A stretch of 64,000 bases of DNA from an uncultured Alphaproteobacteria bacterium (GCA_963756215.1 CAVWMY010000003.1:333442-397441), one strand, 5' to 3'. Shown: positions 27,448-38,038, counted from the stretch's first letter. The notes: generated by a model from the letters alone, not told the origin. Translations and numbers: made by a program.

Positions 27448-28433
27448 CCGATCTCCCCGAACTTCGGGAAAGCCTCGGGTGCGGCGGCCAACATGGCGCG
27501 AGCCCTGGCGCTGTCGTCGTCCATCTGGCGCACCAGTGCCGGAACGCTGTCGAACTTCAACTCGTCGCGGATAAAGCCGATGAAGGCGACATCGAGCGCG
27601 GCGTCGTAGAGGTCGCCCTTGAAGTCGAACAGGAAGACCTCGAGCAGCGGGGCGCCGTTGTCGAAAGTCGGGCGGCGGCCGAAACTCGCGACGCCGTCGA
27701 AGCGCGGTTGATCCTGGGCCGCCTGGCTCCGGCGGCCGACGCGCACGGCGTAGATGCCGTGCTTGAGTCCGCAATTCCGGTCGAGCCGGATATTGGCGGT
27801 GGGGTAGCCGAGATCGCGGCCGCGCTTCTCGCCATGAATCACTTCACCGCTGATGAACCACGGGCCCCCGAGCATCGCGGTGGCCTCGTCGATCTGGCCC
27901 TCGGCCAGCGCCATGCGAATGGCGCTCGAGGAAACCGGCCGCTCGGCGATATCGACGTGAGGTTGGACGTCGACCTCGATGCCGAGCCGGGGCGCCTCGC
28001 CGACCAGAAGGCTCGGCGAGCCGACACGGCCCTTGCCGAAATGGAAGTCGTAGCCGACCGCGATGCCGCTGACGCCAAGCCGGTCGATCAGATCATGGTG
28101 AATGAAATCCTGCGCGGTGGTCTCCGCGCGCGCCTTGTCGAAAGTCATCACCACCGCGCCCGCAAGCCCGGTTCCGGCCAGCAGCCGCAGCTTCCCGGGT
28201 TCGTCGGTGAGCCTGAACTGGGGGGAATTCGGGCTGAAATAGCTGCGCGGATGCGGCTCGAACGTAACCGCCAGCGCCGGCTTGCCGTGCGCGCGGCCCA
28301 TCGCCAGCGCGGCGGCGACGACCGCTCGGTGGCCGAGGTGGACGCCGTCGAAATTTCCCATCGCAACCACCGTCCCCTTGGGGACCGCGGCCGAAGGTGT
28401 GGTATCGCGGATAACGGTAAAGCCAGACGTCAT
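27444..28433 (-). CDS. ribF: Bifunctional riboflavin kinase / FMN adenylyltransferase
   Basis: GNFDGVHLGHRAVV and GEVIHGEKRGRDLGYPTANI are the RibF signatures. Confidence 0.95.
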   Translation of the reverse strand: MTSGFTVIRDTTPSAAVPKGTVVAMGNFDGVHLGHRAVVAAALAMGRAHGKPALAVTFEPHPRSYFSPNSPQFRLTDEPGKLRLLAGTGLAGAVVMTFDKARAETTAQDFIHHDLIDRLGVSGIAVGYDFHFGKGRVGSPSLLVGEAPRLGIEVDVQPHVDIAERPVSSSAIRMALAEGQIDEATAMLGGPWFISGEVIHGEKRGRDLGYPTANIRLDRNCGLKHGIYAVRVGRRSQAAQDQPRFDGVASFGRRPTFDNGAPLLEVFLFDFKGDLYDAALDVAFIGFIRDELKFDSVPALVRQMDDDSARARAMLAAAPEAFPKFGEIG

Positions 28434-28667
28434 TTTCAGGATTCTTCAACTTTGGTCGGGTGACGCGCGACCGTGACGTGGCGGCACCCGCTAAGTCAAG
28501 CGCCGGCCGCGAGCCATGCCGCCGGGTGCCGGGCATGTGTTCGGCAGTGCCCGGTTAACGGGCTGTTTAATGGCTGATGCTACTTCTGGGGGCGAACTGC
28601 GGGACACTCCGGTCCTGCGCAGGCGATGATTGGTTGGCGGCATTTATTGTCGTGCGGGGGATTCAAG

Positions 28668-29063
28668 ATGGCGGTTGATTTGTCGATGTCGGTTCTGGTG
28701 GTAGATGACTACAACACCATGATCCGCATCATCCGGAATCTCCTGAAGCAGCTTGGCTTTGAGAACATCGACGACGCCAGTGACGGATCGGCGGCGCTGA
28801 ACAAGATGCGCAGCAAGAAATACGGGCTGGTGATCTCGGACTGGAATATGGAGCCGATGACCGGCTACGACCTGCTGCGGGAGGTGCGGGCCGACCCCAA
28901 TCTGGCCACCACGCCCTTCATCATGATCACGGCGGAATCCAAGACCGAGAACGTGATCGCCGCCAAGAAGGCCGGCGTGAACAACTACATCGTCAAGCCG
29001 TTCAATGCCGCCACGCTGAAGACCAAGATCGAAGCGGTCTTCCCGGACATGGCGAGCGCGTAA
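28668..29063 (+). CDS. cheY: Single-domain CheY-type response regulator
   Basis: VLVVDDYNTMIRII...LVISDWNMEPMTGYDLL...FIMITAESKTENVIAAKKAGVNNYIVKPF has the D-D-D-T-K receiver residues in a CheY-like context. Start is the ATG at 28668. Confidence 0.8.
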   Translation: MAVDLSMSVLVVDDYNTMIRIIRNLLKQLGFENIDDASDGSAALNKMRSKKYGLVISDWNMEPMTGYDLLREVRADPNLATTPFIMITAESKTENVIAAKKAGVNNYIVKPFNAATLKTKIEAVFPDMASA

Positions 29064-29235
29064 TTCTCTTCTCCTCTCCCCTCGCGGGAGAGGGTGGCTC
29101 ACCGCCGCGTAGCGGCGGCGAGACGGGTGAGGGGCGCGCCCTGTCGTTGGTCGCCGTCTCTCATTGTGTGGCTACCCCTCATCCGCCTTCGCTTCGCGAA
29201 GGCACCTTCTTCTCCCACGGGAGAAGGAAGAGCGC
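29064..29235. repeat. Mosaic MITE-like palindromic element (family B, copy 1)
   Basis: Modules are ctctcccc-tcgc-gggagagg, ..gagacgggtgagggg.., ..cccctcatccg.. and ccttcttctccc-acg-ggagaaggaag. The same module order occurs at 47117-47259 and, inverted, at 52537-52680. Confidence 0.7.
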
Positions 29236-29267
29236 ACGATCGCGCCTCTCAGGGTGACGGCAAACGC

Positions 29268-30122
29268 TCACCACCTCAATTCGCGCGTCAGCGCGCGGGG
29301 CGGATGGCCGAACAACTCCTTCACCGAGGCGGGGTCGAGTTGATCGATGCCTTCGAAGTCGTCGGCGTGGATGCCGCGCGTGACGAACAGGCAATCGATC
29401 CCGAAATTGTGGGCGCCCGCCAGATCCGTCCGCACGGAATCCCCGATCGCCAGCACGCGGCCGAGCGGCGTGGCGCGTCCGTCACGTTCGCCGGCGAGCA
29501 CCATCGCACGTTCATAGATCGGCCGATGCGGTTTGCCGTAGAAGGTCACCTCGCCGCCGAGTTCGCGATAGAGTTCGGCGATCGCGCCGGCGCAATAGAT
29601 CAGGCGGTCGCCGCGCTCGACGACGATGTCGGGATTGGCGCAGATCAACGGAAGCTTGCGCTCGCGCGCCTGCAGCATCATGCCGCGATAATCTTCGGCG
29701 GTCTCGGTCTCGTCGTCGAACAGGCCGGTGCAGACGATGTAGTCGGCCTGCTCCAGCGGGGCCAGGGCCACATCCAGCCCGCGATAGATCGAATTGTCGC
29801 GCTCCGGGCCGAGCTGGAACACCTTGCCTCCCGGGTGATCGGCAACGAAGCGCCGGGTGAGGTCGCCTGAACTGACGATGGCATCATAGGTCTCGTCGGC
29901 GACGCCGAGCTTGCGCAATTGTCGCTGTACCGAGTCCGCCGGTCGCGGCGCATTGGTAATGAGGATTACGGTGCCGCCCTGGTTGCGAAACGTATGGAGG
30001 GCTTCGCAGGCTTCGGGAAACGATACGAGGCCATTGTGGACCACGCCCCAGATATCGCTGAACACGACATCCACGCCGCCGACGAGTTCGCGCAATTGCT
30101 CGACAAATCGAAGGGTCGTCAT
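29268..30122 (-). CDS. HAD-superfamily class IIA hydrolase (TIGR01459-like)
   Basis: VVFSDIWGVVHNG (DxxGV motif I), ILITNAPR, YGKPHRPIYE and AIGDSVRTD are present. Confidence 0.85.
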   Translation of the reverse strand: MTTLRFVEQLRELVGGVDVVFSDIWGVVHNGLVSFPEACEALHTFRNQGGTVILITNAPRPADSVQRQLRKLGVADETYDAIVSSGDLTRRFVADHPGGKVFQLGPERDNSIYRGLDVALAPLEQADYIVCTGLFDDETETAEDYRGMMLQARERKLPLICANPDIVVERGDRLIYCAGAIAELYRELGGEVTFYGKPHRPIYERAMVLAGERDGRATPLGRVLAIGDSVRTDLAGAHNFGIDCLFVTRGIHADDFEGIDQLDPASVKELFGHPPRALTRELRW

Positions 30123-30137
30123 TGCGCGGATGGCCGG

Positions 30138-31568
30138 TCAGCCCGGCCCGGCGACGCGGCGCGCCAACGCGGCCATTCCGGTTGCGCGCGGAGGATCGAT
30201 GGTGGGAAGATCGACGGGAGGCGTTTTGCCGAAGCCATTGGATTCCTGCACCTTGTTGGAACTCCCGCCGGTAGCAGATGCTCCCTCCGGTCGCAACGGT
30301 CGGGGAGGTGCAAAAAGGAATCCCTGGCCGAACCGCACATCGTAGTCGAGCAAATCGACGACGGCGCGTTCCCCCTCGATCCGTTCGGCGATCAGGTCAA
30401 TGCCGAACCGGCCGAGCAGATCGGAAAGATCGGAAGCATGAATGTCGGCCGTCGAAGCCTGCCGTTGATCGAGCAGCAGCGCGGCGGGCACCTTGATGAA
30501 GCGGACGCCGCGATCGGCCAGTTCGCGCGGCTCGATCCTGAGGTCGGTGACGTGGTCCACGGAGAAGTGGAAGCCGCGCTGCGCCAAGGCCGCCAGGTGC
30601 TCGGTCTCGGTCGGGCCCAGGTTGCGAAACGTCGCCTGCTTGAACTCAAGCACGAACGAAGCCGCCAGCGCGCGATTGGCTTCGAGGAAGTCGAGGCATT
30701 GGGCGAAGGTCGTGGGATTGCCGAGCGTCGCGGCGGCGACGTTGCAGAACACCCCGACCTCCTTGTTGCGCACCATCAGCCGACGCAACACCTGCACGCA
30801 TCGCAGCATCACCATGTGATCGATCCGCCCGATCAATCCTGCGGCTTCAGCGATGCCGACGAAATCGTCGGCGGTGATGATCTGGCCGTTGTCGTCGCGC
30901 AGACGCGTTACCGCCTCGTAGAAGCGCACCTTGCGCTGCGGCAGGCTCACCATCGGCTGCAGATAGAGATCGATGCGATTTTCCTCGACCGCATTTTTCA
31001 CCGCGGCAAGCACCTGAGCCTGGTTGCGGGAGGCCGAGGCGTCGGTAGTGACATTCGCCGGGGCCGCCGCCGCTCTCGCGACGCCGATATCTTCACCGGA
31101 GACGCGCGGCTCGCCCGGGCGATCATGTTCCGGGCTGTCCGTCAGCGAGACCTCCGAGACGACCGATGCCAGCAGCTCGTCATGGCTTGCGACGGAGGTC
31201 GCGAGCTGCTTGACCAGCCCGCCCAATTCGTTGATCTCGCCGACGACAATCTGAATACGGTCCGCGCTGGTCGAATTGGCCGACACCAGGCGGCCTTCGA
31301 GCGCGGCGAGACGCCGGCCGAATTCGGCGACCTGCCGGGCAAGGTCGGCGGTGCCGCGCGACAAGTCCGCAATCTGGCCGCCGACCGTGTTGCGGTCGCG
31401 CAACCGCATCGACACCGCGCTGTAGAGGATAAGGAAGGTCAGGGCGGTGAGTGCTACGATCGCGGATTCCATTCCGCTGATGCCTGCCACCGAGTACAGG
31501 ACAAGGCCGAGCGAGGCGGCGACCAGCACCATGCAGATCGCGATGAAAATCGTGGAAATGCGGATCAT
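30138..31568 (-). CDS. Membrane-anchored coiled-coil EAL-domain protein with degenerate catalytic motifs (TipF-like)
   Basis: It has two N-terminal TM helices, a coiled-coil (LSRGTADLARQVAEFGRRLAALEGRL) and an EAL domain. The motifs are YEAVTRL, CNV, LEFKQ (second Glu lost), VDHV (in place of DDFG), KVP (Asp lost), AERIE and GQG. Confidence 0.8.
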   Translation of the reverse strand: MIRISTIFIAICMVLVAASLGLVLYSVAGISGMESAIVALTALTFLILYSAVSMRLRDRNTVGGQIADLSRGTADLARQVAEFGRRLAALEGRLVSANSTSADRIQIVVGEINELGGLVKQLATSVASHDELLASVVSEVSLTDSPEHDRPGEPRVSGEDIGVARAAAAPANVTTDASASRNQAQVLAAVKNAVEENRIDLYLQPMVSLPQRKVRFYEAVTRLRDDNGQIITADDFVGIAEAAGLIGRIDHMVMLRCVQVLRRLMVRNKEVGVFCNVAAATLGNPTTFAQCLDFLEANRALAASFVLEFKQATFRNLGPTETEHLAALAQRGFHFSVDHVTDLRIEPRELADRGVRFIKVPAALLLDQRQASTADIHASDLSDLLGRFGIDLIAERIEGERAVVDLLDYDVRFGQGFLFAPPRPLRPEGASATGGSSNKVQESNGFGKTPPVDLPTIDPPRATGMAALARRVAGPG

Positions 31569-31852
31569 GTTGCGCGCGAGGCCCTCAGCTCCATGGTCTC
31601 CAGGCTACCGGAAAACGCGCAATGCTCATCGCACAGGCCTGCCTCGTCTCCCCAAAGTGCCTCAAGCTTAGCATTATTGTTGATTCGGAGAGCTAAATGT
31701 TCACAGGGCGGGATGACGCCATCCCGCCCTGTCTTCCGGTCTGGAAGGTCGGGACGTTCCGCCCTGGCGGAGCGGCGTTGCGGATGAAGCACTTGCGTCC
31801 GCGAACGGACGCCGCAACGCCATCGAGATGCGATCCGTCGCGGGCCGGCGGC

Positions 31853-33199
31853 TTACGCCACCGCCCGGATCACCTTGGCGACCTTCTCGACGATTTCCCC
31901 GATCTGATCGTCGCTGACGATCAGGGGCGGCGTCAGCGCCAGCGTATCGCCGGCGACGCGCAGCATCAGGTCGTTGTCGTGAAAGGCGCTGTTCAACCCG
32001 TCGAAGCCGCGCTTGCCGGGCAAATCGGGGCGCGGAGCGAGGTCGATGCCCGCCGTCAGTCCGACCGTGCGGATGTCCACCACGTTCGGTTCGTTCCGCA
32101 GCGACAGGATGGCGTCGGCGAATTTCGACTCAAGCTTGTTGGCGCGCTCGAACAGCTTTTCATCGCGGTAGATGTCGAGCGTCGCCAGCGCGGCGGCGCA
32201 GGCCAGCGGATGCGCCGAATACGTGTAGCCGTGGGTCAGTTCCACGGCGTGCTCCGGGCCGGTCATGAAGGCGTCGTGGATGGTATCGCGCACGATCACG
32301 CCGCCCATCGGCGCTGCGCCGTTGGTGATCCCCTTGGCGAAGGTGATCATGTCCGGCAGCACGCCGTAGCGTTCCGCGGCGAAGGCGTAGCCGAGTCGGC
32401 CATAGCCGGTGATGACTTCGTCGAAGATCAGGAGAATGCCGTGCTTCTGGGTGATCTCGCGCAACCGCTTGAGATACCCCTTCGGCGCCGGCAGCACGCC
32501 GGTCGATCCCGCCATCGGCTCGACGATCACGGCCGCGATGGTCGATGCGCCGTGCAGGTTGACCAGCCGTTCCAGTTCGTCGGCGAAATGGGCGCCATAT
32601 TCCGGCTCGCCCTTGCTGAACGCCTGCTTCTCGCGGTCGTAGGTGTGCGGCAGGTGATCGACGCCGGCCAGCAGCGTTCCGAACATCTTGCGATTGTTGA
32701 CGATGCCGCCGACCGAGGTGCCCCCGAAGCCGACGCCGTGATAGCCGCGTTCGCGGCCGATCAGGCGGGTGCGGGTGCCCTGGCCGGCGATCTGATGATA
32801 GGCCAGCGCGATCTTGAGGGCGGTGTCGGCCGCCTCGGATCCGGAATTGCAAAAGAACACGTGGTCAAGGCCGGCCGGCGCCAGATCGGAGATGCGGTTC
32901 GCGAGTTCGAAGGCCTGCGGAATTCCGAACTGGAAGGGCGGCGCATAGTCGAGCGTTTCGGCCTGCCTGGCGATCGCGGCGGCGATCTGGGCGCGACCGT
33001 GACCGGCATTGGTGCACCACATGCCCGAGGCGGCGTCGATGATCTTGCGGCCGTCGACCGTGAAATAGTGCATGTCCTTGGCGCCGGCGAGCAGCCTCGG
33101 CGCCTTCTTGAAGGCGCGGTTGGCGGTGAACGGCATCCAGTGTGCAGCGAGGTCGTTCGGGACGCTGACGGCGGCGGGGCGTGGGCTCTTGTCGAGCAT
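31853..33199 (-). CDS. Class-III aminotransferase (omega-amino acid/beta-alanine-pyruvate transaminase-like)
   Basis: FCNSGSEAADTALK, IFDEVITGYGRLG and the PLP lysine context TFAKGITNG are present. It is 448 aa. Confidence 0.9.
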   Translation of the reverse strand: MLDKSPRPAAVSVPNDLAAHWMPFTANRAFKKAPRLLAGAKDMHYFTVDGRKIIDAASGMWCTNAGHGRAQIAAAIARQAETLDYAPPFQFGIPQAFELANRISDLAPAGLDHVFFCNSGSEAADTALKIALAYHQIAGQGTRTRLIGRERGYHGVGFGGTSVGGIVNNRKMFGTLLAGVDHLPHTYDREKQAFSKGEPEYGAHFADELERLVNLHGASTIAAVIVEPMAGSTGVLPAPKGYLKRLREITQKHGILLIFDEVITGYGRLGYAFAAERYGVLPDMITFAKGITNGAAPMGGVIVRDTIHDAFMTGPEHAVELTHGYTYSAHPLACAAALATLDIYRDEKLFERANKLESKFADAILSLRNEPNVVDIRTVGLTAGIDLAPRPDLPGKRGFDGLNSAFHDNDLMLRVAGDTLALTPPLIVSDDQIGEIVEKVAKVIRAVA

Positions 33200-33334
33200 G
33201 GTGGCCTCTTGTGTTTTTTCGGGGTGCGGGCTGCACCCAAGCTATCAGCTTCATCGCGATCCGAAAACGCCGCGGCTGCAATATTTGAACTCAATCCGGC
33301 GATTTTAGTGGCGTCGTATGTCGCTCGGCATGGC

Positions 33335-34327
33335 TCACAAATCGGCGGCGCCGATCCAGAACACCTCGCCGTCGGATGCCTCGGTGTCGAGCCACAACAG
33401 CGGCAGTTGCGGAAAAGCCTCCTCGATCGGCCCGCGGCCGCGGCCCACCTCGCATAACAGGCCGCCGCGGGCCGTCAAATGCCGGCCGGCCCGTTGCAAA
33501 ATGCGCCTGATGATATCGAGCCCGTCGGTGCCGCCGTCGAAAGCGAGCTTCGGCTCGGCACGGCACTCGCGCGGCAAAGCCGCCATGCCCTGCGCATCGA
33601 CATAGGGCGGATTGGAAATGATCAGGTCGTAGCGCGCCTCGCCGAGCGGCCCGAAAAGGTCGCCGCGGTGCAACTTCACCCGGTCTTCGAGACCGTAATC
33701 GGCGATATTGCGCGCTGCAACATCGAGGGCGTCGCCGGAAAGGTCGACCGCGTCGATCCGCGCATTGGGAAAATTCCGGCTGGCAAGGACCGCAAGGCAT
33801 CCCGATCCGGTGCAGAGGTCGAGCAAGGTTTCCACCCCGTAGGGGTCGTCGATCAACGAAGCGTCATCCTCGCCGTCCTGGCCGCTGAAATGGGAATCCA
33901 GCAGTTCGCCGATGAAAGAGCGCGGTACGATGGTGCGCTCGTCGACATAGAACGGCAGGCCGCGCATGTAGACCTTGTTGACGAGATAGGCAGCCGGTTG
34001 CCGCGTCCTGACGCGGCGGGCGATCACGTCGAGAATCGCCTTCGACTCGGCGGCGGTGACCCGCGCCGTCGCAAAGGTTTCGAACTGGTCGGGATGAAGA
34101 TGCAGGGTTTCACACACCAGAAAGGCGGCTTCGGCGACCGGGTCGGTGGTGCCGTGCGCGAACACCAGCTCGGCCTCGACAAATCTGCTCACCGCATAAC
34201 GAACGAAGTCGAGCAGGGTCAGCAACTCGCCGGCGGCGACCTTCGGAACGGCCGCGGCCTTCGGGGGTCGCGATTTCACGAGGCCACGCTTGGCGGCTTT
34301 GCTTGCGCGCATCGCTCGCTTTGCCAT
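33335..34327 (-). CDS. prmB: 50S ribosomal protein L3 N5-glutamine methyltransferase
   Basis: LDLCTGSGCLAV (SAM motif) and NPPY (ISNPPYV) are present. The ATG shares one base with the moaE stop (TGATG). A Lys/Ala-rich N-terminal extension is present. Confidence 0.88.
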   Translation of the reverse strand: MAKRAMRASKAAKRGLVKSRPPKAAAVPKVAAGELLTLLDFVRYAVSRFVEAELVFAHGTTDPVAEAAFLVCETLHLHPDQFETFATARVTAAESKAILDVIARRVRTRQPAAYLVNKVYMRGLPFYVDERTIVPRSFIGELLDSHFSGQDGEDDASLIDDPYGVETLLDLCTGSGCLAVLASRNFPNARIDAVDLSGDALDVAARNIADYGLEDRVKLHRGDLFGPLGEARYDLIISNPPYVDAQGMAALPRECRAEPKLAFDGGTDGLDIIRRILQRAGRHLTARGGLLCEVGRGRGPIEEAFPQLPLLWLDTEASDGEVFWIGAADL

Positions 34328-34794
34328 CAGGATTTGGTCCAGCGCGCGGCCGCGTGGTCATCGTGATCTTGGGCCTCGACCCAATCGGATCCCTCGGCGC
34401 GTTCCTCGCGCTTCCAGAACGGCGCGTTGGCCTTCAGATAGTCCATCAGGAACTCCGCCGCCTGAAACGCCGCCTGTCGATGCGACGAAGCTGTCAGGAC
34501 CAGCACGATATTCTCGCCGGCGGCGATACGGCCGACGCGGTGGATGACGGTGAGGCCGGTCAGCGGCCAGCGCGACATCGCGATCTCGGCATGCCGGGCA
34601 ATTTCGGTTTCCGCCATGCCCGCGTAATGTTCGAGCGTCAGCGCCGCAATGCTGTCACCGCCCTCGTCGCCGCGGCAGATGCCGGAAAAGCTGACCACCG
34701 CGCCGATATCCTTACGCCCGCGCGTCAGCGCGGCAATTTCCTGCGCGACGTCGAAATCGGTTTCCTGGATACGGATGGTGACGGCAGCGGTCAT
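34327..34794 (-). CDS. moaE: Molybdopterin synthase catalytic subunit
   Basis: GAVVSFSGICRG..LEHYAGMAE...VLTASSHRQAAFQAAEFLMDYLKANAPFWKRE is the MoaE signature. Start is the ATG at 34794. Confidence 0.9.
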   Translation of the reverse strand: MTAAVTIRIQETDFDVAQEIAALTRGRKDIGAVVSFSGICRGDEGGDSIAALTLEHYAGMAETEIARHAEIAMSRWPLTGLTVIHRVGRIAAGENIVLVLTASSHRQAAFQAAEFLMDYLKANAPFWKREERAEGSDWVEAQDHDDHAAARWTKS

Positions 34795-34853
34795 GAGGTG
34801 GTCGCGATGGCTGTATCTCTGTCTGTGGCCCGGCGTGTTCCGGCCCGCGCCTT

Positions 34854-35105
34854 TTAACCGCCGGTCATCGGCGGGAAGAAAGCAATCTCGCGGGCGCCCG
34901 CGATCATCGTGTCGGATTTGACATGGGTGTGATCGATCGCAGCGCGGATCACCCGAGGCGCCTCGAACGCATAGGCATAGGTGTCGCCGCGCCGCGCCAG
35001 CCAACCGATCAGATCGTTGACCGTACGCACATCGGCGGGCGGCTCGAGCGTTTCCTCGGCCTTGCCGATCCGTTCACGCACCCATGCGAAATATTTGACT
35101 TTCAT
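34854..35105 (-). CDS. moaD: Molybdopterin synthase sulfur-carrier subunit
   Basis: It is 83 aa with a ubiquitin-like fold pattern and a C-terminal GG (FFPPMTGG). Confidence 0.9.
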   Translation of the reverse strand: MKVKYFAWVRERIGKAEETLEPPADVRTVNDLIGWLARRGDTYAYAFEAPRVIRAAIDHTHVKSDTMIAGAREIAFFPPMTGG

Positions 35106-35725
35106 CCCTCATCCTCCTCGATGAGATGATGGATCCCGGCGCGGAAGTAGTCATAGCCGGTATAGATCGTGACGATCGCCGAGATCCACAACAGCGCAAT
35201 TCCGATCAGGGTGGTTGCAGGCAAGATCACTTCGCCCGCTTCGCCCGCGATGAGAAACCCGATCGCGACCAGCTGCACCGTGGTCTTCCACTTCGCAAGC
35301 TTGGTGACGGGGACGCTGACGCGCAGAGCGGCAAGGTATTCGCGCAGGCCCGATACCAGGATCTCGCGGCACAGGATCACGATCGCCGCCCAAAGCGTCC
35401 AGCCATGGATGCTGTTGTCGGCGGCCAGCATCAGCAGACAGGAAGCGACCAGGAGCTTGTCGGCGATCGGATCGAGCATGCGGCCGAAGGCCGATTGCTG
35501 GTCCCAGATTCGCGCATAGTAACCGTCCAGATAGTCGGTCACGCCCGCAGCGATGAAGACCGCCAGCGCGACCCAGCGCAGCCACAGCGGACCGTCCATG
35601 ATCAACTCGGCAAAGACGCAACCAACCACCACCGGGATGGCGGCGATTCGCGCATAGGTCAGGATATTCGGCAGGGATAGCGAGCTTTTTGCCGTCCCCT
35701 TGGTCGTCGCGATGTTCATCAGCAT
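35102..35725 (-). CDS. pgsA: CDP-diacylglycerol-glycerol-3-phosphate 3-phosphatidyltransferase
   Basis: The CDP-alcohol phosphatidyltransferase motif DYLDGYYARIWDQQSAFGRMLDPIADK is present. Start is at 35725 or 35719. Confidence 0.9.
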   Translation of the reverse strand: MLMNIATTKGTAKSSLSLPNILTYARIAAIPVVVGCVFAELIMDGPLWLRWVALAVFIAAGVTDYLDGYYARIWDQQSAFGRMLDPIADKLLVASCLLMLAADNSIHGWTLWAAIVILCREILVSGLREYLAALRVSVPVTKLAKWKTTVQLVAIGFLIAGEAGEVILPATTLIGIALLWISAIVTIYTGYDYFRAGIHHLIEEDEG

Positions 35726-35810
35726 TACCAATACCGCCCGGGCATGAAGGTCAACTGTGCGCCCCACGTGATCTGTTGGTGACGACGCAAATATGACGCC
35801 AAAAACGCTG

Positions 35811-37925
35811 CTAGCCAGCGCGTGTGTGGAAAAACTCGAAAATCTTGCGGGCGCTTTCGGCGCTGACACCTGGAACCTTGCCGAGGTCGGCGACCGAGGC
35901 GCGCTCGATCTCCTTCAACGTTCCAAAATGGTGCAGCAAGGCCCGTTTGCGCGATGGCCCGATGCCCGGAATCTCCTGCAAACCCGCCTCGCGGATATCC
36001 TTTTTGCGCAGCTTGCGGTGCGAGCCGATCACGAAGCGATGCGCCTCGTCCCGCAACCGTTGGATGAAATACAACACGGGATCGCGCGGTTCGAGCTTGA
36101 TCGGCTCGCGGTCGGGCATGAACAGCGTCTCCCGGCCGGCGTCGCGATCCGGACCCTTGGCCACGGCGAGCAGCGACACCTGCGTCAATCCAAGCCGCGC
36201 GAAAATCTCCCTGACAGCGTTGAGCTGGCCGCGGCCGCCATCGATGATGACGAGGTCCGGCCATTGCGGAAACGAATCGTCATCGGCCTGGACGCCTTCC
36301 GCCGGGGCGGTCAGCAACCGCTTGAAGCGGCGCTCCAGCACCTCGCGCATCATCGCGTAGTCGTCGCCGGGCGTCAGCCCTTCGGACTTGATGTTGAACT
36401 TGCGGTACTGGTTCTTGATGAAGCCGTCCGGCCCCGCCACGATCATGGCGCCGACCGCGTTGGTGCCCTGGATGTGGCTGTTGTCGTAGACCTCGATCCG
36501 CCGCGGCGGATGCGGCAGGGCGAGCGTCGTGACCATTCCCTGCAACAGCCGGCTTTGGGTTGCGGTGTCGGCGAGCTTGCGTCCAAGCGCCTCGCGGGCA
36601 TTGGTCAAAGCGTGGGTGACCAGTTCTTTTTTTTCACCGCGTTGTGGCGTCGTGACCTCGACTTTGAATCCAACCTTGACCGAGAGCGCATCGGCCAACA
36701 AATCGCTTTCCTCGATCTTGTGCGACAGCAGCACGAGTTTCGGTGGCGGCTTGTCGTCGTAAAACTGCGCGAGGAACGAGGACAGCACTTCTTCCGGCGT
36801 AAACGACTTTTCCGCGCGCGGAAAATAGGCGCGGTTGCCCCAGTTCTGTCCGGTACGGAAGAAGAATACCTCGACGCAGGAATAGCCGCCTTCCTGGTGG
36901 ATGGCGAACACGTCGGCTTCCTCCACGGTTCGCGGATTGATGCCTTGCTGCGACTGGATCGCCGACAGCGCCGCAAGGCGGTCGCGATAGACCGCGGCGG
37001 TTTCAAAGGCGAGGTCGGCCGAGGCCTTTTCCATTTCACCGGCGAGTTCCTGCTTTACCGAACGGCTGCGGCCGGACAGGAAATCCGTCGCCTCGCGGAC
37101 CAGTTCGGTATAGCCGGGAAAGTCGATCTCGCCGGTGCACGGCCCCGCGCAGCGCCGGATTTGATAGAGCAGGCAGGGGCGGGTGCGGCTTTCAAAAAAC
37201 GCATCGGTGCATGAGCGCACCAGGAACGCCCGCTGCAGCGCCGTGATCGTGCGGTTGACCGCGCCGGCTGAGGCGAACGGCCCGAAATACCGCCCGGGCC
37301 GCGATTGGGCACCACGGTGCTTGAGGATCTGTGGCGCCCAGTGATCCCCGGTGATCAGGATATAGGGAAACGACTTGTCGTCCCGCAGTTGCACGTTGAA
37401 GCGGGGCCGCAACTGCTTGATCAGGTTGGCTTCGAGCAGCAGCGCTTCGGTTTCGGTCGAGGTCGAGACGATCTCGACGGTCACCGTCGCCGCGATCATG
37501 CGCAGGATGCGCGCGGGCAGGGGCGCGTTGGCACGCGCATAGGACGACAACCGCTTGCGCACGTTCTTGGCCTTGCCGACGTAGAGCACGTCGCTGGCCG
37601 CGTTGAGCATGCGATAGACGCCGGGCGAGGTCGGCGCGAGCCGCACCGCATGTTCGATCGCGGCGTGGCCGACCGCGAGCCGGCCTTCCGGGATGGCCTC
37701 GCCGCTCTCCTCGGGAATGTCCGGCAGCCGCGCCTCGTCCTCCTCCTCGGTGCCGGCCGTCGTCGCCGGGTCCAGATCGCCGGATTCGGGGTCCTGTAAC
37801 GGCAATCCGGCCAGTTCCGGAACCGGTTCCGAACCGCGCGGCGGCATGCGCGCGTCCACCGGCGCGTCTAGCGGTGCGGTCCGTTCGCGGGGGCCGTCGG
37901 GATTGTCAGTCTGGTCGCTATCCAT
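35811..37925 (-). CDS. uvrC: Excinuclease ABC subunit C
   Basis: It has a GIY-YIG domain ([25 protein letters not shown]), a UVR domain, an endonuclease V-like domain and a C-terminal HhH pair. An acidic/Pro-rich N-terminal extension is present. Confidence 0.95.
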   Translation of the reverse strand: MDSDQTDNPDGPRERTAPLDAPVDARMPPRGSEPVPELAGLPLQDPESGDLDPATTAGTEEEDEARLPDIPEESGEAIPEGRLAVGHAAIEHAVRLAPTSPGVYRMLNAASDVLYVGKAKNVRKRLSSYARANAPLPARILRMIAATVTVEIVSTSTETEALLLEANLIKQLRPRFNVQLRDDKSFPYILITGDHWAPQILKHRGAQSRPGRYFGPFASAGAVNRTITALQRAFLVRSCTDAFFESRTRPCLLYQIRRCAGPCTGEIDFPGYTELVREATDFLSGRSRSVKQELAGEMEKASADLAFETAAVYRDRLAALSAIQSQQGINPRTVEEADVFAIHQEGGYSCVEVFFFRTGQNWGNRAYFPRAEKSFTPEEVLSSFLAQFYDDKPPPKLVLLSHKIEESDLLADALSVKVGFKVEVTTPQRGEKKELVTHALTNAREALGRKLADTATQSRLLQGMVTTLALPHPPRRIEVYDNSHIQGTNAVGAMIVAGPDGFIKNQYRKFNIKSEGLTPGDDYAMMREVLERRFKRLLTAPAEGVQADDDSFPQWPDLVIIDGGRGQLNAVREIFARLGLTQVSLLAVAKGPDRDAGRETLFMPDREPIKLEPRDPVLYFIQRLRDEAHRFVIGSHRKLRKKDIREAGLQEIPGIGPSRKRALLHHFGTLKEIERASVADLGKVPGVSAESARKIFEFFHTRAG

Positions 37926-38038
37926 CGGCCTAAATTAAGCGCTTGGCCATTGTATCGCCAGCGCTGCTGCGGCGCCGGCCGCGTTCCCAAGGGATTGGTA
38001 ACGCATTTTTAAGACTACGAAGCGGCGCCCGGCAGGTC

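Noticed and set aside
27448-27774. The N-terminal extension of the acetyltransferase ORF (26890..27774).
   Set aside because: It overlaps the 3' end of ribF out of frame. Homology to the Mac/hexapeptide family starts at SKTEKQKMLAGEPY.
28554-28574. A TTAA...TTAA motif upstream of cheY as a CtrA box.
   Set aside because: The spacing is N8 (TTAA-CGGGCTGT-TTAA), not the required N7.
31700-31822. Hairpins cagggcgggatg-acgc-catcccgccctg (31703-31730) and gcgtccg-cgaa-cggacgc (31799-31816) as terminators of the aminotransferase gene.
   Set aside because: Neither is followed by a U-tract on the minus (coding) strand. They may be REP-like or Rho-dependent features, but I cannot support a terminator call.
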